DNA of 38,726 nucleotides from a virus (lineage: Duplodnaviria; Caudoviricetes), in the IMG/VR virus record IMGVR_UViG_3300032111_000006, positions 1 through 38,726 of that record, one strand, 5' to 3'. Shown piece after piece: positions 26,049-35,886 of this stretch. Numbering within the stretch: position 1 is the stretch's first letter; every line of letters begins with the position of its first letter. The translations under genes were made by a program, and so were the position numbers. A model generated the notes under the pieces. The model was not told the origin of the DNA. It worked only from the letters and a program-made list of their open reading frames with translations, and searched no databases.

Positions 26049-28370
26049 ATGGATTCGCTTTACAACCTGGCCGTAATTGTCAGTGTTGTGGATAAGCTCA
26101 CCGGGCCGGTGCAGAAGATGGCCCAGGTCTTCAGCAACTTCGAGAATAAGGTGCAGAAGGCTCAAGGCATGATCGATTTTGGAAACCGCCTGGCCGTGTC
26201 GGGAGCCCTTGCCCAGGGGGCTGCCGACAAGACCGTGCGCGCTCTGAGCGGATTACTTACCCCGGTCGTCGCCAACCAGGCCGCCCTCGGCGAACTGTCT
26301 TCGTTAGGGATCAAGGATCTGGGCGCCTTGACCAGCGCCGCCCAGCGGTTCAGTGCGCAATGGGCTGGCACCACTGAGGCTCAGTTCATCAGCGCCGCAT
26401 ACGATATCAAATCGGGGATCGCGTCCCTCACCGACGAAGGCGTGGCGCAGTTTACCACCCTGGCCGCGCTGACAGCCAAAGCCACGAAAGCTACCACGGC
26501 CGAGATGACATCCCTGTTCGCCACCGGCTACGGGATCTTTAAGGACCTGTACGGCAACATGTCCGATCTCCAGTTCGGGGAGATGTTCTCCGCCGGCATT
26601 GCGGCCGCCGTGCAACAGTTTAAGACGACCGGCAGCGGTATGAGCCAAGCCTTAACCACCCTGGGCGCCGCGGCTTCTACGGCGAAACGGCCGTTCGAGG
26701 AACAGCTTGCAGTATTGGGGATGCTACAGGCGACGATGCCTGGGGGTGAAGCCGGCACGAAGTACAAGGCCTTCATGCAGGCGGCTGCCCGGGCCGGCAC
26801 AACTCTCGGACTCAGTTTTGTCGACGCCAATGGCCAGCTCCTGGGCATGGTAGACATTCTGGAGCGGTTGCGGGGGAAGTACGGCGACACCTTAGACGCC
26901 ATTGAGAAGCAGCAGATCCAGAAGGCGTTCGGGTCTGATGAGGCCGTGGCATTGATCGATCTTTTGTACGGCAAGGTCGACGCGCTGCGCGGTAATATTA
27001 CCACGCTCAATACGGCGATGGGGCAGGGGGTGGTCTTCACCGAAGGCATGGCCCGGGCGATGAATGACGATCTGGGCGCCAGCCTTGCGGTGCTTAACCA
27101 GAATATTGAGATAACCAAGGGCTTTATCGGTGATCAACTGGCCCCTCTGATCAAGGCGTTTATTCCCAGCGTTCAGGATTGGGTGGCCGGGCTGCAGAGT
27201 TTTTCCAAGACGCATCCCACCCTCACACGTCTGGCGGTGCTCTTTGCTGCTTTGGCTGCTGCGGCTCTCTCGGTCATTGCGCCCATACTGTCGGTCGCGG
27301 GAGCCCTGTACATCTTTGGGGGCCAAGGAATCAAAGCCTTCGCTTGGTTGGGTAGGGGTGTAGGCGCTGTACTCAGCAGGCTGTTCTATGGTTTACGTTT
27401 ACTGGGGCCGGTGACTCTGCGTGCTGGGGTGATGATCGGCCAGCTCGCCTTCCGCGTTTTGTTTTTCGCCACGGCGGCCGGGATACGGGCTTATGGCGCT
27501 CTCCTGCGGCTGGCATCCGGCATCGGTGCTTTTGCTCGTGGGGCGATCCTCGCCGCCGCCCGGGCGCTGCCGGCACTGATCGCATCCGTCTGGTCCTTCA
27601 CCGCGGCCCTGCTGGCCAACCCCATCACTTGGGTTGTTGTGGCCATTGTGGGCCTCGGAGCGGCGGTCTGGGCGCTGGCCAGGAACTGGGATACGGTCGT
27701 GGCCTGGATGGGTAATGCCTGGCAGCGGATGGTCGCTTTCGCGCGTCAAAACGCCCCGCTTCTCCTGGCCGTGATTATGCCGGTGGTCGGCATTCCACTG
27801 CTGATCGCCCGCAACTGGGACACCATCAAGGACGCCGTCGGCAATGCCATCACGGCGGCGGTCAACCGCATACGCGCCAGGGCTCAGGAACTGTGGGCTT
27901 CCGGCCGCGCGCTGATCGACGCCTTTGTGGCCGGCATAAGGAGCATCATCAACAAGCCGGCCGAGGTCGTTCACGCCGGTCTGGCCAAGCTGCGGCGGCT
28001 GCTCCCCTTCTCGGACGCGAAGGAAGGACCGCTTTCCACGCTGACTTATAGCGGCATGGCGCTGATCAATACTTTCGCCTCTGGCATCCAGGCGCGCGCG
28101 CCGTACCTGCAGGCCGTGGCGGCCTCGGCTCTCGGCGGCATCGCGCTGCCCGCCGCCGGCCTGGGGTCCTGGGGTACGTCCCCCTTGGGCCGGACGCCGG
28201 CCGTGAATTTGCGGGAGGTCATCCGCGAATCCAGCCGCGAACGCGAAAGCGTCTTCACCCGCGACCGGCGGCCGATCGTGGTCGTCGTGGGCGGCGGTCA
28301 GAAGCCAGCCAGGGGCTTTGAGGACTACATCGACCAGGCGCTGCGGTACCTGGATATGCAAGGCGATTAG
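26049..28370 (+). CDS. Tail tape measure protein
   Basis: 773-aa Ala-rich helical protein, TP901-type core, ANPITWVV/RNWD repeats, PFSDAKEGPLS. Confidence 0.92.
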   Translation: MDSLYNLAVIVSVVDKLTGPVQKMAQVFSNFENKVQKAQGMIDFGNRLAVSGALAQGAADKTVRALSGLLTPVVANQAALGELSSLGIKDLGALTSAAQRFSAQWAGTTEAQFISAAYDIKSGIASLTDEGVAQFTTLAALTAKATKATTAEMTSLFATGYGIFKDLYGNMSDLQFGEMFSAGIAAAVQQFKTTGSGMSQALTTLGAAASTAKRPFEEQLAVLGMLQATMPGGEAGTKYKAFMQAAARAGTTLGLSFVDANGQLLGMVDILERLRGKYGDTLDAIEKQQIQKAFGSDEAVALIDLLYGKVDALRGNITTLNTAMGQGVVFTEGMARAMNDDLGASLAVLNQNIEITKGFIGDQLAPLIKAFIPSVQDWVAGLQSFSKTHPTLTRLAVLFAALAAAALSVIAPILSVAGALYIFGGQGIKAFAWLGRGVGAVLSRLFYGLRLLGPVTLRAGVMIGQLAFRVLFFATAAGIRAYGALLRLASGIGAFARGAILAAARALPALIASVWSFTAALLANPITWVVVAIVGLGAAVWALARNWDTVVAWMGNAWQRMVAFARQNAPLLLAVIMPVVGIPLLIARNWDTIKDAVGNAITAAVNRIRARAQELWASGRALIDAFVAGIRSIINKPAEVVHAGLAKLRRLLPFSDAKEGPLSTLTYSGMALINTFASGIQARAPYLQAVAASALGGIALPAAGLGSWGTSPLGRTPAVNLREVIRESSRERESVFTRDRRPIVVVVGGGQKPARGFEDYIDQALRYLDMQGD

Positions 28371-28382
28371 GAGGCCCCGCGC

Positions 28383-29039
28383 GTGCAGTTGATCACGACC
28401 GACATCGGACAAATCAAAGTCGGCGACGTCGTCCTGCCGGGTACGTTCGAGAGCCTGGAGATCCAGGCCGCCGTCAAGATGGACGAGGTCGAGATTAAGG
28501 GTAAGAAGGAGAAGGTCACGCAGGCCGTGGGCTACGACAACGCCCGCGTGCGGCTCAACCTGATCCTCCTGCCGGCCGAAGACGGCGGCGACTGCACTAC
28601 CCAGGTGCAGACGATCCAGGCGATTTTCCGCCGGTCTCCGGACCAGGAGAAGCCCGGCGTTTACCGGATCGTCAATAAGCACGTCCAGGCCCGGGGAATC
28701 AATGAGGTTATCTTCTCCGACTTCAAGACGTTCGAGGATAACCGCTCCGATAAGGTCCTGGTAATCTGCGAGTTTGTCGAGCATGTCCCGATCAAAGTGA
28801 CGGTGGCGCCGAAGAAGAGCACCGCGCAGGCCCCGAAACGGCCGGCACCCAAGAAAACGCCGCCGCCGGGCTTCGGCGATCTGCGCAAGGCCGAGCTGAC
28901 CAAGCCCCCGGGGATGGGGGACCTGCGGCGGCTGGAAATGCAGGACAAGAAGGCGGCCACGCCAGCGAAGGATACGCGTGAGCCGAGCCTTGGGAAAAAG
29001 ATCCTGGCCTGGCTGAGGGGGTCAGACAATCTTGGATAA
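28383..29039 (+). CDS. Probable tail tube initiator / baseplate protein
   Basis: Position immediately after the TMP; 218 aa. Confidence 0.6.
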   Translation: MQLITTDIGQIKVGDVVLPGTFESLEIQAAVKMDEVEIKGKKEKVTQAVGYDNARVRLNLILLPAEDGGDCTTQVQTIQAIFRRSPDQEKPGVYRIVNKHVQARGINEVIFSDFKTFEDNRSDKVLVICEFVEHVPIKVTVAPKKSTAQAPKRPAPKKTPPPGFGDLRKAELTKPPGMGDLRRLEMQDKKAATPAKDTREPSLGKKILAWLRGSDNLG

Positions 29040-29832
29040 CCTGTTCTCACCCTACATCGAACTCCGGGTCGCCGGCGCCCAGGTCCGCAACCTCTTCGAC
29101 GCTTTCGACCTGTGGCTGTCGCGAAAAGAGCCGGCGGACGTCTGCGAGTTTGCCCTGCGGAAGGGGTTGCCCGATCTGGGGCTGATGAAGGACACAACGA
29201 TCGAGATTTGGGGCGGATATGACCTTAACCAGTCGTGGCTTCTCTTTTCCGGATATGTGACCGATCCCCGCGCCCCCCGGTTTCTTTGCAAAGATGAGGC
29301 GGTCAAGCTGTTTGGGACGCCGATAGTGCAGACATTTATGGACGTGGCCCCCCAGGACGTCATCCGCTTTGGCTTGCGGCGGGCGGGGGTTACAGATTTC
29401 AACCTGGATGCCACGGCCTACCCGCGGAAGGCGCGGTTTGTGGCCTCGGAAAACGTGTCCGACCTGGTCCGCAGGGTAAACACGACCTGGGGGCTCAAAC
29501 ACGACTGGTACTTCGTGGGCAGGCGGTTTAACTGGACGGCGCCGGTACCACAGCCGGGGCCGGTTTACAGCTATCAGTACGGGGAAAACATCATCGACTT
29601 GGATTTCACAACCGACCGCGATCCCGTCGGGCAGCGCCCGGCCGGCAGCACTACGGGCACCGGTAAGCTATTGACCGTCTTTTCGCCCTTTGTCGGGCAT
29701 TCGCAGGAAATCGAGGTCGTCTGGCCCGAGGTCAAGGCCAGCAGGTTCTTTGTTGAGACGGTGCGGCATTTCATCAACGACCAGGGCGCCCTGCGGACAG
29801 AAATCCACTTCCGAGAACTGGAGGCCGCCTGA
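29032..29832 (+). CDS. Probable baseplate hub protein
   Basis: Synteny; IEIWGGYD...LLFSGYV pattern. Confidence 0.65.
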   Translation: MDNLFSPYIELRVAGAQVRNLFDAFDLWLSRKEPADVCEFALRKGLPDLGLMKDTTIEIWGGYDLNQSWLLFSGYVTDPRAPRFLCKDEAVKLFGTPIVQTFMDVAPQDVIRFGLRRAGVTDFNLDATAYPRKARFVASENVSDLVRRVNTTWGLKHDWYFVGRRFNWTAPVPQPGPVYSYQYGENIIDLDFTTDRDPVGQRPAGSTTGTGKLLTVFSPFVGHSQEIEVVWPEVKASRFFVETVRHFINDQGALRTEIHFRELEAA

Positions 29833-30275
29833 TGGATGCGCCGGACAAGCTTATCGAACTTGTGAGAAAAGTGGTGCTCCGTCTCTTCCCGGAGCTTGCC
29901 GGCCGGTATCACGTTACCGCCCGGGCGAAGGTGATCAGCACGCAGGGGGGGCTGCATTTGGCCCCGCTGACTAACGATGGAAACGTGGATCCGGCCGCTC
30001 CGGCCATCAAGTGCGACCCGGTACCGGTAACATTGGCCCCGGGTAATGTGGTTGGGCTGGGGTTTCGCTATGGAGACCCGTCGGAGCCGTTCGTGCAGTG
30101 TTTATCCACGGCGGCACTTGGTACCTACACGGGTAGCACGATAGACTTTCCGGGGTACGGGTCGGTAACGGATTTCATAATGGCTGCCCACCTGTCGGGC
30201 ATCGAGGTGGGCAGCCAGGTGGCAGCCGTTCCGATTGAAGAGGGCAAGCGGTTCGTTGTCCTGGCCAAGATCTAA
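29832..30275 (+). CDS. Probable baseplate spike protein
   Basis: OB-fold-like ARAKVIS...VGLGFRYGDPSEPFV; synteny. Confidence 0.6.
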   Translation: MDAPDKLIELVRKVVLRLFPELAGRYHVTARAKVISTQGGLHLAPLTNDGNVDPAAPAIKCDPVPVTLAPGNVVGLGFRYGDPSEPFVQCLSTAALGTYTGSTIDFPGYGSVTDFIMAAHLSGIEVGSQVAAVPIEEGKRFVVLAKI

Positions 30276-30286
30276 GGAGGACGTCG

Positions 30287-30721
30287 ATGGAAGACATCCT
30301 GCTCGACGACAACGGGAATTTTGTCTTGGCCGCCGACGGCGACGTCGAGACAGTCGTTGACCTCGAATGCTTGGTCCAGGATGTCAAACACCGGCTGCTC
30401 ACCTTTCCGGGTGATCTGTGGCAGCATCGGGAATACGGCGTGGGCATCCAGGCCTGGAACCAGGCCGAGAATACCGAACTCAACCGGCTGGAGTTGGCGC
30501 AGGCCATACGCTTGGGAATCGCTAGAGACGAGCGGATCGACCCGGAGTCGATCAGGGTACATATCACGTCTTGGACACGGGATGCCATCACCGTGACTAT
30601 CACCTTCCGGCCGACGGCCACCGCGTTTGACGACGATTACGGCGACATCCCCGAGGACCAGGCGGCCATCGTACTGACCATCAGCCAGGACGGCATCACG
30701 TTCGAGGGGGCCGGCGCATGA
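30287..30721 (+). CDS. Baseplate wedge / sheath initiator (gp25/W-like)
   Basis: HRLLT.PGDLWQHREYG...DERIDP. Confidence 0.75.
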   Translation: MEDILLDDNGNFVLAADGDVETVVDLECLVQDVKHRLLTFPGDLWQHREYGVGIQAWNQAENTELNRLELAQAIRLGIARDERIDPESIRVHITSWTRDAITVTITFRPTATAFDDDYGDIPEDQAAIVLTISQDGITFEGAGA

Positions 30722-31860
30722 TCAAGCCCGAAGACATCATCCCGATCAAGACCTTCACTGAACTTATGGATGCTACGAAGACCAGGCTCCGGGATCTGGC
30801 CTTCCGGATCACAAATCTTCGGGCCGGCGGCGTCTTCTACACCCTCTTGGAAATGGCCAACCAGGGCCTTGCGGACTTGTACTCTTTGCTGAAGGACACA
30901 ACGCCGCAACTATACCTGGACACCGCCACAGGGGACTGGCTGGACTTGCGCGCGGCCGAGTTCGAGGTCTACCGCAAGCTGGCCCAGAAGACCCAGGGCA
31001 ACGTCGTTTTCGGGCGCGCCGCCGCCGGCGGGAATGTCGTCATCCCCGCAGGCACCGTGGTCTCGACGGCTGTGGATCGATATGGGGAAAAGCTGCAGTA
31101 CATCGTGACGGCACAGGCGGTTCTTGAAGGCCTTGAAGTCGCCGTGCCAGTAGAAGCCGAGTTCGCCGGCGCCCAGTATAACGTTGGTGCCGGACAGATC
31201 AACCAACTGGTGACCTTTATTCCCGGCGTGGATTATGTGACCAATGCCGCGGATTGGATTACTCGCGAGGGCACCGACGACGAGACCGACGAATCGCTGC
31301 GCTTCCGCGCGAAGGGCAAGTGGAGCCAATTGTCCGCCGGCGGCGGCCGGGATGCGTACATCGCTTGGGCGCAGGAAGTGACTGGCGTGGTCGTCGTGCA
31401 AATCGACGACCAGCATCCGCGCGGACAGGGCACGGTCGACGTGATCATCACTGGGGCGGCGGGACTGCCCACCCAGGACCTGATTGACCAGGTGCAGGCC
31501 CACATCAACGCGCGCCGGCCGCTCTGCGCTGATGTCCTCGTTCTCGGGCCGACGCCCGTCGAGGTGGACTTTGACGTTACGCTGCATGTCCACCCCGATT
31601 ACGGCGACCTGGACGAGATCCGGGCCGAGGCCGAGGAGATCATCGACATCATGTTCAGGTACGGGGACACCGAGCACGCGGACATTGCCAGAGTATCGCC
31701 TGAGTTTGGCGTTGTGCGGGCGCAGGTGATCGCGAACCTTATGAAGATCGAACACGTTGTCAACGTCACCCTGACGGCGCCGGCGGCCGACGTGCCGGTC
31801 ACCGCCCGGGAACTTGCCGTAAAGGGTAGTGTTACCGTAACGGCACAGAGGGTGAGTTAA
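30718..31860 (+). CDS. Baseplate J / Mu gp47-like protein
   Basis: DTATGDWLDL, GTDDETDESLR, RGQGTVDV motifs. Confidence 0.92.
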   Translation: MIKPEDIIPIKTFTELMDATKTRLRDLAFRITNLRAGGVFYTLLEMANQGLADLYSLLKDTTPQLYLDTATGDWLDLRAAEFEVYRKLAQKTQGNVVFGRAAAGGNVVIPAGTVVSTAVDRYGEKLQYIVTAQAVLEGLEVAVPVEAEFAGAQYNVGAGQINQLVTFIPGVDYVTNAADWITREGTDDETDESLRFRAKGKWSQLSAGGGRDAYIAWAQEVTGVVVVQIDDQHPRGQGTVDVIITGAAGLPTQDLIDQVQAHINARRPLCADVLVLGPTPVEVDFDVTLHVHPDYGDLDEIRAEAEEIIDIMFRYGDTEHADIARVSPEFGVVRAQVIANLMKIEHVVNVTLTAPAADVPVTARELAVKGSVTVTAQRVS

Positions 31861-32486
31861 TGACGTTCGCGGAGTATTTCTGGTACCTGTTGCATCGCGT
31901 TTTCAAGCGGGCGCCCAAGAACAGCGACGCGGAAAAGCTGGCCAAGGCCCTGGGGCCGAACTATGACCTGGCCCAGGAAACCATTTTCCGCCTGCGGGAG
32001 CAGTCCTTCCTGGCCACGGCCACCGGGAAGGCCCTGGACCAACTAGGCCGGGACCGGGGACTTCCGAGGTACCGGGAAGAGACCGACGAAGAGTACCAAC
32101 TCCGGTTATTGGCCGCGTACAGCATCCACAGCCAGATCGGGACGGCCGCAGCTATGTTGGATACCTTCCAGCGTCTGGGCTTTACAGATGCCGAGATTCA
32201 GGAGCTAAGGGCCGAGGACCCGAACAGGTGGGCAGAGTTCCGTGTGAACTTACCCCTACCCGAGGCCAGCTTCACAGAGGCGCAGCGCACCAATCTACTT
32301 AACACAATCAGCAGGATGAAGCCGGCACATACAAAGCTGGCCGGTCTCAATATCGAAGCTCCGGCGCGAGACATTGGTGCCGATCCGGATCTCATCACCT
32401 GGGGGGAGCAGGTAACGACAAACCTCTTTGCCTGTCCCCTGCCGGCTGAAAGCCTGTATCCTGCAGAGGATCTATACCCATGTTAA
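31860..32486 (+). CDS. Baseplate wedge protein (P2 gpI / Mu gp48-like)
   Basis: TATGKALDQLGRDRGL, MKPAHT. Confidence 0.8.
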   Translation: MTFAEYFWYLLHRVFKRAPKNSDAEKLAKALGPNYDLAQETIFRLREQSFLATATGKALDQLGRDRGLPRYREETDEEYQLRLLAAYSIHSQIGTAAAMLDTFQRLGFTDAEIQELRAEDPNRWAEFRVNLPLPEASFTEAQRTNLLNTISRMKPAHTKLAGLNIEAPARDIGADPDLITWGEQVTTNLFACPLPAESLYPAEDLYPC

Positions 32487-32989
32487 GGAGGCCGGCCATG
32501 CGAGACTTTTTGCGGCAGTTGCTTAATCGAAGATCCAGGCGCCCAGGAGAATGTCTCTTATGGCTCCCCGGCCGCTTCCGAGCATATCATTGCGGCCGGG
32601 AGTGGGTCTTCGAAAACACCATCACCGACGCCGGCCTGCAGTGGTTTCTCGACCTCTGGCGCGGTGTCGAGACCCCGGGCTTCAAGTACATTGCCTTGGG
32701 GACCTCGGACGTGGCCACGCAGTACAGCCAAACGCAGCTCGGCGGTGAGCAGATCCGCAAGGTCATCGAAAGCTTCAACCCCGCCCTGCCGGCGCTGGAA
32801 TCAATCGTGACCTTTTTGGACACCGAGGCGAACTTTCTTATTAGAGAGATTGGCCTGTTCGCCGGGGCCGCAGCGACCGCAGATCCAAACACCGGCATCT
32901 TGGTGGCCAGGGCGGTGGTCAACATCAACAAGACGGCCGCCGGCAGCCTCAAGATTGTTCGTGAAGACCGTCTAGGGAGGGCTGTATAG
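32480..32989 (+). CDS. Tail fibre attachment/collar-like protein
   Basis: NTITDAG...YIALGT...IREIGLF...LVAR. Confidence 0.7.
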   Translation: MLRRPAMRDFLRQLLNRRSRRPGECLLWLPGRFRAYHCGREWVFENTITDAGLQWFLDLWRGVETPGFKYIALGTSDVATQYSQTQLGGEQIRKVIESFNPALPALESIVTFLDTEANFLIREIGLFAGAAATADPNTGILVARAVVNINKTAAGSLKIVREDRLGRAV

Positions 32990-33411
32990 TGCCTTACGAA
33001 AAGATACCGTTTGTCAATCAGGGACCGCCCGGTATCTCGGCCGAACGGCTGAACCATATACAAACCCAGTACGACGAGGCAAAGGCGGACTATGAGGGCG
33101 GCGCATGGACTCCCCCGGGGAATACCGTGAAGAACGCCGGCGGCGTCCCGGAGCTGCTGGCCGGCACCCTGGCCGAGAGACCGCAACCCGGCACCATGGG
33201 CCGATGTTACTTTGCCACAGACACAGGGGAGATCTACAGGGATACGGGATCGGCTTGGGAATTGGCGGCCGCCAGCCAGGCAGGGTACCTTGCACACTTG
33301 GCCGAAACCATGCCACACCGATATCAAGATATCGGTACTGGCACAACGTACCAGTACGGCTTCAAACAGCAAGATAACCATCTGGTGTTTATGTATCAGG
33401 AGGTGGTCTAA
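32989..33411 (+). CDS. Tail fibre-associated protein
   Basis: ISAERLNHI, GTLAERP...YFATDTGEIYRD; GGGAGG SD. Confidence 0.6.
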   Translation: MPYEKIPFVNQGPPGISAERLNHIQTQYDEAKADYEGGAWTPPGNTVKNAGGVPELLAGTLAERPQPGTMGRCYFATDTGEIYRDTGSAWELAAASQAGYLAHLAETMPHRYQDIGTGTTYQYGFKQQDNHLVFMYQEVV

Positions 33412-33737
33412 TGCCGGAAATTCTGCTTCCTAACCGAGATGATGTGCTTAATAGCGCCACAACTAGTGCCCCGGCGGTCGGTACAAAGACGATAGCGGCA
33501 ACGGCGGCAGAGGTGTTTGCCGGGGCGTCGCCTAAGTCCAATCGCCGCAGGTTAATCATCAAGAACGAAGATCCTGTTCTGCGACTGCGCGTCGGTCCGG
33601 CCTCGGTGACACAGCAAACCGGTTTTCCGGTTGAGCCTGGCGCTACCGTTGAATTTGTATTTGATCCGACAGTTCCGGTGACTATATACGGCATCTCGGA
33701 GGGTGCAAGTCTGAATGTGGCGGTGATTGAAGAATGA
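33411..33737 (+). CDS. Hypothetical virion protein
   Basis: 108-aa coupled ORF, AGGAGG SD. Confidence 0.6.
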   Translation: MPEILLPNRDDVLNSATTSAPAVGTKTIAATAAEVFAGASPKSNRRRLIIKNEDPVLRLRVGPASVTQQTGFPVEPGATVEFVFDPTVPVTIYGISEGASLNVAVIEE

Positions 33738-33946
33738 CATACGTTCTTACAGTGAATGGCGATGGCACTACGACCATCGAGATCAGTTTTATTGACGAGG
33801 GCGTCGACATCCAAGGGCGCACGAACGTCAAGGGTGGCGAGGCCGAGGCACTGAGTTATCTGCCAGTCTTTGAGGCGGACCTACGGCGCAATTACGCTGA
33901 TCTGTTTCCCCTGCCCCCGATGCCGGAAGGAGGTATGTTTGAGTGA
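33734..33946 (+). CDS. Hypothetical protein
   Basis: 70-aa ORF coupled to both neighbours. Confidence 0.6.
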   Translation: MTYVLTVNGDGTTTIEISFIDEGVDIQGRTNVKGGEAEALSYLPVFEADLRRNYADLFPLPPMPEGGMFE

Positions 33947-35172
33947 GGTATATTAGCGGCCCATATACGCAGGGGCAACTGCTGAAGGAAATCCACGAAA
34001 TCGAGATTGCGCTGGCCAACCGATTCTTGCGTAACGGTGTCATTACCGACGCTGCTGAGCAGCGTTCCTGGCGCGAGCGCGTTGAGGAGGCCAGCTTTGG
34101 TCGTAACACGGTGCTATACGACGACCAAGGCAACCCCTCGGTGATGGTGGCGGTGCCGCTTATGACTGAGGCCGATCTACTTACCGGCGGGCGGAATATG
34201 CCCCACCCGGCCTTTATCGTCAACGGCATTACAAAACCACTGATCTACGTCTCAAAGTACCAAAACATAACCACCGGCTCCGGGACGACATTACGAGCCC
34301 TGAGCCTCAAACATCAGGACCCGGCGAATTCTATAACCTTTGACAACGCCCTTTTGGCGTGCAAGCAAAAGGGCACCGGATGGCACCTTCTGACTAACGC
34401 CGAGTGGGCCGCCATTGCGCTTTGGTGCAAAAAACAGGGCTTCTGGCCGCGCGGCAACAATGGCTTCGGCAAAGATTATGCCGTCGCCAGTGAAGCCGGG
34501 GTCCCGAGTTATTATTACGATGACGCTGGCACTAAGCGAATTGGGCGAGTCTTAACTGGTTCCGGCCCGTTACCCTGGTCGCATGACGGAAGCCCGTTCG
34601 GTATCTTTGACCTGAACGGCAATGTCTGGGAGTGGGTCGGCGGGCTGCGGTTAAATGTAGGAGAAATCCAAGTGCTCGCCGACAATAACGCTGCCGACAA
34701 CACTAAAGACCAGAGCTCCGCAAGCGCGGAGTGGAAAGCAATTCTCCAGGATGGTAGTCTCGTTGCGCCGGGTACCGCCAATACGCTCAAGATTGATTCG
34801 CCAGTCGCTGGGGATGGCGTGGGTGCTAACGACCTGGGAGCGCCGTTCATCAACACAACTATTACCAACAGCATGAACCCCGGCAATACCGCTTCGAACG
34901 AATACCTGGATTACGGCAGTTGTCCACTTGAGACCTTGACAGCTGCTGGCGGAGTCACCGTTCCAAACATTCTCAAATTGCTCGGTGTTGCTCCTGTTGA
35001 CAGCAACCACGGCGGGGACCGCTTTTGGGCGCGCAATTACGGCGAGCGTCTCCCGCTCCGGGGTGGGTGCTGGCTCCGCGGCTCCGCTGCGGGCGTTTTC
35101 GCTCTGGACCTGATCGGCCCTCGTTCGTACGTGCTCAGCAACGTCGGCTTCCGCGCGGCTTTTATTCCGTAA
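33943..35172 (+). CDS. DGR target protein, C-type-lectin/FGE-fold (Mtd-like receptor-binding protein)
   Basis: WHLLTNAEWAAI, GIFDLNGNVWEW, C-terminal RGG.W...GVF...R...GFRAA encoded by the VR. Confidence 0.92.
   Translation: MRYISGPYTQGQLLKEIHEIEIALANRFLRNGVITDAAEQRSWRERVEEASFGRNTVLYDDQGNPSVMVAVPLMTEADLLTGGRNMPHPAFIVNGITKPLIYVSKYQNITTGSGTTLRALSLKHQDPANSITFDNALLACKQKGTGWHLLTNAEWAAIALWCKKQGFWPRGNNGFGKDYAVASEAGVPSYYYDDAGTKRIGRVLTGSGPLPWSHDGSPFGIFDLNGNVWEWVGGLRLNVGEIQVLADNNAADNTKDQSSASAEWKAILQDGSLVAPGTANTLKIDSPVAGDGVGANDLGAPFINTTITNSMNPGNTASNEYLDYGSCPLETLTAAGGVTVPNILKLLGVAPVDSNHGGDRFWARNYGERLPLRGGCWLRGSAAGVFALDLIGPRSYVLSNVGFRAAFIP
35044..35161 (+). repeat. DGR variable repeat (VR)
   Basis: 118-nt ungapped match to 35590-35707 with 12 mismatches. 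Confidence 0.95.
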
Positions 35173-35198
35173 TCTGGCACCTGTAGAACTGTAATCTG

Positions 35199-35224
35199 TT
35201 TTGGCGGGCGGTAGCCCGCCAAAA
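35199..35224 (+). promoter_or_regulatory. DGR target-recognition hairpin/cruciform
   Basis: TTTTGGCGGGC-GGTA-GCCCGCCAAAA: 11-bp stem with a GRNA-type loop just downstream of the VR/IMH. Confidence 0.85.
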
Positions 35225-35235
35225 GGAAGGCGTCG

Positions 35236-35571
35236 ATGGAAGAACTAAAAATACTGCAAAAGACCTATGACATGATGCAGTATGGCTACGTCTGCCTGCG
35301 CCAATTCCCAAAGTCTGAGAAGTTTGCTTTGGCGGGCGAGATAAAGTTGGCGATGGCCAGAATGTTGCGGCTGATCATTCAGGCCAATAAGCGGTACTTC
35401 AAAAAGAGCACGCTCCAGGACATCGATGTAGAGCTGGCAACGGTCAAGACTTATGTCCGATTGGCAAGGGATCTGGGCTTTCTGCCTTTTAACAAATACG
35501 AGCACTGGTCTAAGATGCTCGATGAAATCGGCAGGATGCTCGGAGGCTGGATAAAGAGCGTAAAGCAATGA
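35236..35571 (+). CDS. avd: DGR accessory variability determinant
   Basis: 111-aa four-helix-bundle pattern FPKSEKFALA...EIGRMLGGW between VR and TR. Confidence 0.92.
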   Translation: MEELKILQKTYDMMQYGYVCLRQFPKSEKFALAGEIKLAMARMLRLIIQANKRYFKKSTLQDIDVELATVKTYVRLARDLGFLPFNKYEHWSKMLDEIGRMLGGWIKSVKQ

Positions 35572-35589
35572 TTTACGGGGAGGAAGCCA

Positions 35590-35707
35590 GAGCGTCTCCC
35601 GCTCCGGGGTGGGGTCTGGAACAGCGGCTCCGCTGCGGGCGTTTTCGCTCTGAACCTGAACGGCCCTCGTTCGTACGTGCTCGGCGGCATCGGCGTCCGC
35701 GCGGCTT
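35590..35707 (+). repeat. DGR template repeat (TR)
   Basis: Copy of the VR between avd and RT; retains AAC codons at 3 positions. Confidence 0.93.
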
Positions 35708-35886
35708 CATCCTGCAGCCAGAAGTGGTTGGCTCACGGGCCAATCTCCAGCGCACAGGGATAAAGGGGCTTTCTTCCCTGCCGCGTTCCGCATTGGACCG
35801 GCAAAAAACTGAACTGCTGGGAAGGCAGTTAGTAGCCCGCAAGGGCGAAGGGTGCCACGCCCAGTCTAATTAAACGGAGGCAGCAC

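Noticed and set aside
27399-28784. Long minus-strand ORFs (461 aa here; also 9327-10229, 18896-19762, 30910-31755)
   Set aside because: Antisense shadows of GC-rich genes with clear plus-strand functions.
35568-35873. 101-aa ORF between avd and RT
   Set aside because: Spans the TR and spacer RNA, has no recognisable protein features and is most likely non-coding.
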